Assembly (NCBI GenBank): GCA_050084985.1
Contig: JBITNC010000001.1
Span: 96,906,001 to 96,970,000 of the forward strand
DNA length: 64,000 bases
DNA from: Nageia nagi
Lineage: Eukaryota; Plantae; Pinophyta
Reading direction: 5' to 3'
Positions 53,740 through 64,000 of this stretch are shown here, piece after piece. The translations under genes and the position numbers were made by a program. The notes below the pieces were generated by a model, which did not search any database, was not told where the DNA came from, and saw nothing but the letters and a program-made list of their open reading frames with translations. Numbering within the stretch: position 1 is the stretch's first letter; every line of letters starts with the position of its first letter.

Positions 53740-54460
53740 ATCCATTAATGATGAGTCAATGTTAGCAATCTACTTATGGTTGCAACTATTAGTTTATCTT
53801 TTAAGTGAGTGAACTCTCACTAGCTATATCAATGGACATTGATGATCATACATTATATGTCTATAACTTGAATACATTATGCTTTGTATTGGTTTAAATA
53901 AGAAACCATGTGGGTACATAGCAAGTTGCATCATCCATTGGAGATGATCCAATATCAACATCTTGCTCATGGCTACATCATCAGTTTATCTTTTAAGTGA
54001 GTGAACTCTGACTAGCCATGTCATTGGCCATCGATGGTCATACATTTTGTATATGAATTGAATACATTATGCTTTAGATTGGCTCAAAGAAAAAATCATG
54101 AAGATACATAGCAAGTTACATCATCCATTGTAGATGATGCAATATCAACATCTTGCTCATGGTTGCATCATCGATTTATCTTTTAAGTGAGTGAGCTCTC
54201 ACTAGCCATGTTGTTGACCATTTACAATCATACATTTTATGTCTATGACCTAAATACATTATACTTTGGATTGGTTCAAAGAAAAAACCATATGGATACA
54301 CAACAAGTTGCATCATCCATTGGATATGATCTAATGTCAACATCTTGCTTATGGTTGCATCATCAATTTATCTTTTAAGTGAGTGAACTCTCACTAGCCA
54401 TGTCGTTGGCCATTGGTAATCATACATTTTATGTTTATGACCCAACGATATTATGCTATG
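53740..54460. repeat. ~190-bp tandem repeat, ~4 copies, in the element's 3' internal region
   Basis: tttatcttttaagtgagtgaactctcactagc near 53795, 53985, 54175 and 54367. Confidence 0.9.
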
Positions 54461-55749
54461 TATCAAGGATGAAATAAATAATAATATTAACCTATAAAAG
54501 ATACAATATTTGCTCATGGAGGACCATGGCTATGAAAATGATCATTAGTTTTTTAAGAAACTATGCCTCAAAATCATCATTCATATGATTATTAATAAAG
54601 CATAGAATGAATTTCATGAGAAAATACCTAATTTGAACCATATAGTAGTCTTGGAATGTAATTTGCATAAATTTTCAAAGAAAACCCACTCTACTAGAGG
54701 CATGAGATGTGCTAAATTTGGTGATCTTATTTTCAACAAAAGTAATCAAGATCCTATGAAGATAACATGTTCATGATGTTAAAAATAATATCCAAATAAG
54801 ATAAAATTTTGACTTGCCCCAATTTAGAGGATTTATAGCAATTTGAGGCCATTGGTGGCATGGAATTGGCCTTTTTTGTGCAAGATCATGGACTTTCTAT
54901 ATCAATCCCATTGTTATGTTATTTCAATTTTCAAATGCAGAAAAATGAGTATGAAGATTGCTATAATAATTTATTTTTGAATCTACAAAAAGTACCATTT
55001 TTTCTTTTTTCTTTTTGTATTTGGGATCCCTCATTCTATTGGTCATATTATTCCTATGACAACTGCATAGAACTATTAGATGGACATAATGGAAGACAAT
55101 ATTAGAAATTTTATTTAAATTGCCTTTTTCCACATCGCTAGTAGTGTACAAAAGAATGAACCAACTCCCAAACTAATTCACACCTTTAATTCATGATGAA
55201 ACATAAATTTTACCCATATCTACACTCATGAACAAGCATGAATCTTAAAAGATGAAATTTTAATGTGGAGGAGATATAACATTGAAAGTTCATAAGGCAA
55301 TTTTATGTCATCAAATGATATTCAAATGCCAATTATTATTTGACAAAATCATAAACAATGAAATTTAGAGAAGCATATTTTAAATTTTCCATATTTCATA
55401 CAATTTCACACTACTGGTGCTATGCATTTATTACAAATTTAATCAAAAATTACAATTGCTTTGTTTTCATTTCTTAGGCAAACGATCAGTATTCAAATGA
55501 ATTTCATGAATTATTTTGAGATCATTTCATTTAATTATGAGTATAATTCATAAAAATGCACACTATTGGTGGCATGAAAATTGCATTTTTACACCATCAA
55601 AAAGAGACTCTAGAAACATAAAAAATTTCTAAAAAATTTGGTCATACAAAATAATTATTCTACTTGTCCTAGGAGGAAAAAGAGCAATACCCTAGTTTTA
55701 AGATCAAAATTCAACTTATATAAGAAAATTTTGGAAAGGAACAATCATT

Positions 55750-57835
55750 TTAACTTTTTCATTGATCATAATTGGAGTGCTTTGGACCTCTATCCCTTCA
55801 AGCAATGAAGTGCTACTAGATTGGTGATTTCTTGCTAGTTTGTTCCATAGGTTAAGCCATCTTGTGATTAATTATGATTCTTTTACCATGGCAAATGGTG
55901 ATTGGAGGATAATTGATTGCTTGATTACTGGTAGGTACAATCACACTATATATTTACTATGATCCCTTCCATATGATCATAGGGTGAGTTACTGTTGATT
56001 ATTTAGTTTGGTTATTATTCATCATTTTTAATTTTGGAATGTTGCTTTGCTAGATAGGATTACTTTTTCACTTTTTTTCCTTATAGGAGCATAAGATCCT
56101 CATGAGGGGAGGTCCTATGATGATAGTTGTGCTTGATAAATCATGGAAATAGATAAGGACCTCCCATATGGATCCTAGATAGGTATGGTCTTGTAGATTT
56201 GGCCATTGTTGGGCACATCTAATAGTATTTTCCTCTCTTGACACCATTAGTAGAGTGTTGGGATCCTAAATGTTGCATATTTCACCTGCCTTTAAGTAAA
56301 ATATCATTAAACCTATTTGATGTATACTATATCTAGGGTATCTCCATTAGGGGAAATTTGGTGCATCAGCAAGAGCTTATAAATAATAATGTCTATGAGC
56401 AAGAGGCTCTATGGCTCACAAGTGAGGCGGATCATGACTAGGAGCATCGATTTGCCTATCTTGTAGAGGTGTGTCAATTTGTGCTAACAAGGCACCATCT
56501 TTGGCTATATATCATGGCTATCATAGCCATGTACTTATGTTCACATAAGAGCAATTCAACTTTTTTGCTTAGCCTATTATGGATTGTTAAGCAGATTTAT
56601 GAGAAAGGGACTCAGTTTGCCTAGGGGCTAGTATTTTTAGCCTAGTTATACATAGATTTATACAACTTTATGATTGATGAAAAGATCAATATCATAGTTG
56701 CACATGCAAGCCTACTACAGGTTTGGGCCTATGAGCACATAACTATTGTGCAACCCATAGGATTATAGAGAGCTCAAGAGGATCCAAGCAACATAGATAT
56801 TGTGTGTTGGACTTCACATGTCGATGGATATAGATATCCCCATTCCTTAGAGACTCAAAGGAGGGAGCTTCATGAATTATAGGTGAGGGATCTTATTTGG
56901 GTCTATTTTCAAGATTTTGTATGGCAGTCAAATGCACATCAACTTGCATGGGTCCAATAGCCTTGTTTTACCATATTGATCATGTTTTGTGATAATTTGG
57001 GATTCAACAAGACACCCTACCTATGCCTATAGCATACAAGTGGTATTTAGTAGAGAGAGACCTTCAAGTAGGTTCATAGATGATTCCTACATGGAGGCAT
57101 GCTTGGGAGGAGTCCCAAGTTATGGATACAGTGGCTCATGTGTCGATGTCTCTCAAGGTTGCCACCAATCATGTTGCATGGTGGGTAGGAGTGTACCTAG
57201 GTGATATTGGCATGGGTGAGGATGATAGTAGTGATGAGGCATCCACTAGTGAGGGATTAAAGGAGGATGAACCATATTAGGTCAATAATTTGATCCATGA
57301 TGTGCCACCTTAGGAGGGTGAGGGAGCAGGAGGTTTAGCCATTCTTATCATAGCTACCCCAATACTAGGTAAAGATGCTAACTCAAATTTTGTACTATTA
57401 TTAATATTCATGTTTTTTTTATAAGTATAAAGTGACTAATCCAAGTATATTTTGTGCAATAGGAGCCACAAATTCCAGTATTACCTCTTTGGAGATAGAG
57501 GTTACTATGCTATAGAAAACCCTTTCAACAAAGGATGCTCAGATAGCTACACTAGAGCAGTCTATGAAGAGGCTATAGGAACATTTGATCATGCCCCCTT
57601 CTCATCAGTAGTGGACTTTCATGCAAAGCCAAATGGATAGGATTGAGGCCAAAAATAAGGAGATTTGGTGATAAATGTTAAGTATTCTTAGGCAAAGACC
57701 CTCCTAGAGATCCATGGAGTGACAATGAGCAGGTTCTCAAGACAGGTATCTATCATAAGAGCTAGTGGCAGTAGCAACCATAGGGTAAGGTCTAGGACTG
57801 ATATGGATAGTAGTGGTGGTAGTGCCTACCCCTAG
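55750..57835 (+). pseudogene. Plant mobile domain (PMD, aminotransferase-like) gene remnant, antisense to the LTR element, with putative introns
   Basis: QFA*GLVFLA*LYIDL (YxWGxAxLAxLY) at ~56615 and LLQVWAYEHI at ~56711; GT-AG intron-like segments 55984-56086 and 57369-57462. Confidence 0.75.
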
Positions 57836-58784
57836 TGTGATTATAATGCTAAGGCCTAGTATATGTTATGTACTCATTTTCGGTTGAGAGAAATATATAT
57901 ATATAGAGAGAGAGAGAGACTCAAAGACTTGTGCCCATGCAATATTTTTATTTTGTTACTTTTTATGAATGCTTCTATTGTTCTACTAGGAATTGCTTAA
58001 CATTAAAGACATATGAGTGTGCAATCTAATATATGAACCTAATAAATGAATTTCTAGCCTAAGATGTATAACAAGAGAAATGAACCTATTATGCATTGTA
58101 CACTCATAAAAATAGAACCAACAACCACAATGAAACCTATATGCAATATGGCCAATAATGATACCAAAGCAAATCAGGTTCCAAAGTACCAAAGGGGTCC
58201 TAATAAAAAGCTGTGTTTTTTCTAGTAGATGACATGACATCTAGCCTAAGACCAGTTCATTATGTTCAACAATGTGCCTAGAATCTAGAAATACTATCCT
58301 TGAATATTCTATCTTGGGAAATGCATGTTATTAGTGATGTAAAATAGGCCTTGCATGTTGTTGGTAGTGTACTCAAAAATGACCTAGGCTAGGGAAAAAG
58401 GAAAACATAGGGATAGATAAAAATATAACACATAATGCACTATACATATGCAAACAACTACTTGACTTGCATGAAAAGAAAAGGAAATCTTACCTAACTA
58501 ATATACACTATCTGCTAAGATGAAGAAACTTAAGCAATTACTTTACATACCTAGGAAGATTTTTCTACCCAAATACACTTCACAGAAGTAGAGAAAAAAA
58601 GAGGCACTTTAGATTTAACCATTTCCACATAATTTTCATAGTGTGAATAGGTTTGGACGCTAATGGCAATGTTTATTTTGACTCCATTTTCCAATCTTGT
58701 TGCAAGGAGCATACTTGTATCTATGACTATTAGCAAAATAATGACATAATTCATTAGAAGCACTCACCATGCTGATACAACCTC

Positions 58785-61250
58785 ATGGTTGTGAATAAGG
58801 TCAAGGATTGGTGAAGACCTTTAATTGTTCATTATTAGGATGTATAGGTCCTACTTGCTCATTTGGTGTAGCATCCATCTTAATAACTCCTTTATCAATG
58901 AAATTCTATATAATATACTTGAGAAACCTATAATTTCATGTTATATGTATAGGTACCATATGATAATTACAAAATTCTTCATAGTGAAAATGCTTAGGCA
59001 CATCATTAGGGAACTTGGTCTCAATAACAGGAGGTAACTCAATAAGTTATTCATTTGATAAAACATTAAGAATATTATCAATAGTATTAGTCAAAGGAGT
59101 AAATTATCACCTAGGTTTGGAGATAGTTTTGCATTTGTGAGTAACATTGTTTGCTTCAGGCCTATTGATATTTTCAAGGATTGGTTTTTGATGTTGATTG
59201 TTATCAATGTTCCTCATAGCATATATTTTTTTTGATACATGGCTCTTTCTTGATAACAATATCTATCATATCTCCTAGTGACATATCATTGTTAGAGATG
59301 ATAAATAGTTTATATATAGGCAAGAGACCATTTTCAAAAGCATCTTTCAAATCTTGTTTAGGCATAGTTATTTGTTATGAATCATTACACCAAAAGGTCA
59401 ACCTGTTAGTGAATTTGCACACCCAAGATCTTAACATTCCACCATGCTTTGCATTTGATGTCCTCGATGGCTCTCACTTGTGGCGACTCTCACTCTAGTC
59501 TTCTCTAGGTAGCCCTTTCCACAGTAGCCCTTTTTGAGGATTCGAACTTGGGATGTATGGCCTGATCTGATACCAAATGTTATGAATCATTACACCAAAA
59601 GGTCAACCTATTAGTGAGTCTGCACACCCAAGATCTTAATATTATTCTATTAGCCATTTGCTTCCATATTTTGATAAAGCCCTTAATAGATTGATTAGGC
59701 ATTTGTTTAATTTTACACAAATCCTTAAAAAATACTTTTTCAACAATATTATACCTAAATTTTTATAGGAATAAACAAATCAAATCTTCATACCTATCAA
59801 TGTTGTTTGTAGGAAGCTGAAAATACCATTTTAGTGCCTTATCTTTCAAACTATGGGAGAATAATTTAGCTATCAAGTCGGTATCATGCATATATTCAAT
59901 AGCTTCTTCTTGGAACTTTCTAACATGCATATTGGGATCCTAAATACCATCAAACTTAGTAAATTTGACACACTTTTTTCTAGGAAGGTGCTTAGCGATA
60001 ATTCTATTAGTTAGAGTCCTTTTGAGACAAGACAAGAAATCATATTCATCAACCAAGATATTTTGAGGTGCTAAATTGCTAATATTGGTTGAGTTAATTT
60101 TTGGGGATGGTGGTGGGGTTGGAGGTGGAATAGGAGGTAGACTAATTTGATGTGAATCTTGTATCTTTTTAAGTTCAACCTCCTTCAAAGCAACAAATGG
60201 AACTATGTAATTAACCCTCTAATGCTCTAATTGATCTAGAATTTCAGCTAAGACTTATAACTATTTTTGTGAAGGTTCTTTGTACCAACTAGTAGTATAT
60301 TGAACTTTAAGAAGGATACTAATTTGATGTGATGTTCCTCTAATGTCTGATTAGGTTGCAAATTATAAGACTCATTAATCATATTATCAAGTTATTGATT
60401 GATAAGAGTTTCAGGTTCTTCTTCTTGTACAATATTCTTTTCCTTAGGATTCATACCTTGTTTGAAGTGATCAAGTTGGAGGATGAGGTGACTATAATAT
60501 TCATTAGCTTCATCCTAGAGATCATCCTATTGATAGTTACCATCATTAATATTCTCTTCTAGAAATTTTTTCCTTCTACATTGGTCTCTAGAATTGGATT
60601 TTTCTCAATTGTTTCTACGTTGTTGATGACATGGTAATAGTCTGGCATGCTACTAGTAGTGTCCTCTTCATTAGAAATATTCTCAAGCTTACTACTACAT
60701 GTTACTTCATATGAAAATAAGATATCCTATGAATCTAAGCCAAGATAATGTTCATTGATTCATTCATAGTTAGTCAAAATATTAATCACAAGAGGAGCAT
60801 TATTTGTGAGATAATATTCCAATTATTGTCTATCAAATAAGACCTCCTGAATAGATTGAGAATAATAAGGAATCCTATCTAATTTAGGGATTTCATCTTC
60901 ATTATATGAACTATCAAAGTGATTTTCTAGGTTTTCAAACACAAAAGGATCAATCGTAGCATATCTCCTAGGAGTTTCATTGATGATATCCATTTTCTTA
61001 CTAGAGTGTGAGGATTCAGTCTCACTATGAGCATTAGGAAGAGGTATTTGGATAGATAAATTAGGTTTTTATTGAACACTCCTCCTAATATCACTAAATT
61101 GTACTTTTTATTTAAACACCTTAGGGTTTTCTGTATTAAGGTCCATCTTTGGGATATAGGTAGAACAAAACCTAGTTTTATCATTCTCTTTGGCTACTAT
61201 TTGAAGAGTTTCATTGAGAGGAATGAATAGTAATGAAAACATATTCATGA
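58785..61250 (-). pseudogene. gag: Tat/Ogre-type gag remnant
   Basis: KFTKFDGI*DPNMHVRKFQEEA..KLFSHSLKDKALKWYFQLP; C-terminal FTPL...FCNYHMVPIH..LKYIIENFIDKG...FTNP. Confidence 0.8.
59373..59641 (-). mobile_element. TRIM (miniature LTR retrotransposon), 269 bp
   Basis: 64-bp direct repeats 59373-59436 and 59578-59641 (TGTTA...TAACA); perfect TSD TTATT; PBS TGGTATCAGA 59566-59575 on the minus strand. Confidence 0.93.
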
Positions 61251-61296
61251 ATTCTCAAAAGAAATTTTCCTTAGACATAGACGTAGATGTGTAATA

Positions 61297-61311
61297 ATGT
61301 TGGGTTCACCA
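61297..61311 (-). promoter_or_regulatory. Primer binding site complementary to the tRNA-Trp 3' end
   Basis: Plus strand ATGTTGGGTTCACCA versus plant tRNA-Trp 3' end ACGTCGGGTTCACCA (recalled); both mismatches are CpG C>T. Confidence 0.75.
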
Positions 61312-61968
61312 AAATGTAGACCCAAAATGATATAATTAATTGTTCAAGGGGATTAATTAATGCATTATTGGTCTACTTTATTTTATTGGCATATATCAAA
61401 AATATGATAATGATATTTAGTTGGCATACATGTTCATTTTATCCTGATTGTATATTCAATCAATCAACGATATCATACATCAAAAATAAACATGCATTCA
61501 TACATTAATATGTTGTTAACTACCTAATCAATGCATGTTGTTGACAATGTGGAATAAGAAACTAGAATTATGATAAGAAATATAATATACTCAAATGATC
61601 AAGTAATCATATAATGAATATGCAATAATAATAATAAATGATATTCATTCAATTACAGACTTGATATTCATAAGGGTTTTCTTTTGGTCTTGTTGTGGAT
61701 CCTATAATATCTTGTAGCTTGGTTCTGATCTTCTATCTAATCTTCAATTGATAGAGTCTATCACCTTTAGAACCCCTTTTTTGGTTTCCCTTGATGTCTT
61801 TATATAACAACACTTACATTACAAAATTTGACCCCTTGGTCATTATATAATGGTCCATTACATGAATTACCTAGCTTTGGGTATTTTTAACCCCTTTTTA
61901 CATAATACATCATTAAGGCTCTAAAATGAATTATTTAATAAATAATAATTCACTTTTAGGCATATACA

Positions 61969-62870
61969 TCTTCCTTAAGATAGTCTCCATGTCCAAGAAA
62001 CTATGTTTACATCTTGACAATGAATTGCATACCCTCCAATCACTTCAGTCCATGAAACTATGTTTGTATCATGCATCTTGTAAATAAATTCTTTGGCCTT
62101 GTGTATTCTTCCACATTTTTCATACATTTCTATCAAGACATTCACAAACACAACATTGGATCCAAAATCCATTACATGCATATCCAACGATCATTACATT
62201 CCATGAGACTATATTTTGATGAGGCAATTTGTTAAACAATTAAGGGCCCCTTTCAAAGTATCTATTTTGTACATATCCTACCATCATTATAGTCCATGAA
62301 ACTATATTTGCATCATGCATCTTGTAAATAAAGTTCAAATCTTCCTCAAGATAGCTTGCACAGCTAAGAAGGTCAATAATGCATGTGTAACGATTCATCC
62401 TAAGAATAATACAATAAGAGTCACTCATGTTATTTAAGTATTTATAGGCCTCATCTATTAGACCTACAAGGCTACATACAAGTAGAACACATATAAATTT
62501 TATGCTTTCATGGATGGTCCCCAATTCCTTTAATGGATCAAAGAGCTTAAGGGAATCCTTGTTGTAACCTTGAACTACATACCCTCCAATCATTGCAGTC
62601 CATGAAACTATGTTTGCATCATGCATCTTGTTAAATAATTATCGTTCCTTGTGTATTCTTTCATATTTTACATACATGTATATCAAGGCATTCATAACCA
62701 CAACATTGGATGCAAAAACATTCTCAACTACTCTTTGATGGATTTTCATACCTTCCTCAAGATAGCTTGGATGAAAAAGAAGGTTAACAATGCATATATA
62801 ATGATTCATCCTAGTAATAATGCAATAAAATTCACTCATGCTATTTAAGTATTTATATCCCTCATCCATT
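61969..62870 (-). pseudogene. Upstream part of the PPR pseudogene (scrambled P/L/S motifs)
   Basis: MHDANIVSWTAMIGGYVVQGYNKDSLKLF, VLLVCSLVGLIDEAYKY, VVVMNALIYMYVKYERIHK. Confidence 0.9.
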
Positions 62871-63489
62871 AATTGCATCCTTATTGTTTTTTTTTTTATT
62901 TAGTAACCATCATCATGGCTAATAGAGATAATAATTCTTGAGAGGGGTCATCTAAAGAAGGAAATATGAATTTACTTTATTTGATGATATTCATTTCATA
63001 AGGAAAATAACATTTTTTAAAACTTTTTATAGTTATAAGGTGTTACAAAATATTTGTCTAAAGGCATGAGATTTTTTCTAAATGATGCACATAGGAAAAT
63101 TGCAAAAACCATCGATGGTGGTGATGATGGTGTTGTTGATGAGGATATCTAAATAGGGGGTATAGGCACTCCTACTATTTTTTTTTTTAATTTGAATTGT
63201 TAATTTTCAATAGATTATTAAAAAAACTATCTTGTTTATTATTTTATTAATGCCTACACTATGAATTTATATCTTGGTAAAGGTGATGTGATCACTATTA
63301 AAATTGTAGTTTCAATCAATCAACCTTCTCCATACATCACATGTATGGGATCATGTGGGATTGATTTTAAAGTGAAAAATAATGGTGAAGTACTTATGGA
63401 TGAGGTTGGTTAAAGTTGATGCCCTTAAATATACATCTTTATATATAGTTTTACACTCTATTAGTTTACTAATATTTGAATTGGTTATT

Positions 63490-64000
63490 ATTCAAGGAAC
63501 CTATTTGGTGAAGCCCTAAGAAATGCGACATATAGAGAATTCCAGTATACATTGGAACTTCCTTGGAGAAAGTAAAATGAGTAGGGTATGTAAATTTAAT
63601 TATAATTTATTACTAATGGTATTTTACGTTCAAAAAATTATTCCAAAAATAGAAACTAATTTTTCATTATTGTGTATATGTAGCAAAAAACAAGATACTC
63701 CTTCACCTTCAAAGTGAGTTTGGTGACAAATGGAGTGCAAAAAGGGTGCTAAAATATATGGGAGTGAACCTTAGGAGGAAAGGAAAAAATACCAATTAGA
63801 GATTTCAAAAGCTCCACTTGAGTAGCTTTCCATCACCAAAAGAAATTCCAATATTGACATGAGTGTATACAAGTATTTGGCAAGGATAGTTCATCAAAAT
63901 GAAGAATGCTAAAAAAGGAATGCCTATGAGGAATCACCACAAGAGAAAACATCCCACTCCTACTTCAAAATATCAAGCAAATATAAGTCACATAGGACAA
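63490..64000 (+). pseudogene. Possible decayed TE-type coding remnant
   Basis: KILLHLQSEFGDKWSAKRVLKYMGVNLR after an intron-like gtatg...gtag segment; family not recognised. Confidence 0.25.

Larger units (their letters stand above)
52480..61968 (-). mobile_element. Non-autonomous gypsy (Tat/Ogre-like) LTR retrotransposon, gag only
   Basis: LTRs 52480-53135 and 61315-61968 (~655 bp); TSD GCTTC/TCTTC; PBS 61297-61311; PPT-like aataagggcaaaa next to 53135; splits the PPR reading YLKE|ALNF. Confidence 0.93.

Noticed and set aside
53740-54460. Hammerhead ribozyme (retrozyme) in the tandem array
   Set aside because: CTGATGA occurs on the minus strand, but no correctly placed stem II and GAAA core.
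57892-57919. (TA)n(GA)n microsatellite
   Set aside because: Ordinary short repeat.

Overview
AT-rich (roughly 30% GC by eye), repeat-dominated plant nuclear DNA, probably from a gymnosperm (inferred from TE types and PPR style). No intact host gene is visible. In order: degenerate PLS-class PPR fragments with a ~1.07-kb tandem duplication; a rearranged, probably chimeric Ty1/copia element; a Tat/Ogre-type gypsy pol remnant split by nested solo LTRs; a ~400-bp foldback; a 3.85-kb solo LTR; a ~360-bp satellite alternating a coding-looking core with telomere-like tracts; a decayed CACTA transposase; a decayed hAT (ZNF862-like) transposase interrupted by a young, TSD-bounded 6.1-kb L1 LINE (intact ORF2, three nonsense codons in ORF1, tRNA/SINE-like B-box at its 5' end); more telomere-like arrays holding PPR fragments; and a PLS-E/DYW PPR pseudogene split by a 9.5-kb gag-only LTR element. 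That element has a tRNA-Trp PBS, an antisense intron-containing PMD gene, a 3' tandem array and a nested 269-bp TRIM with 64-bp LTRs. All calls were made by eye; boundaries of decayed features are approximate and no searches were run.
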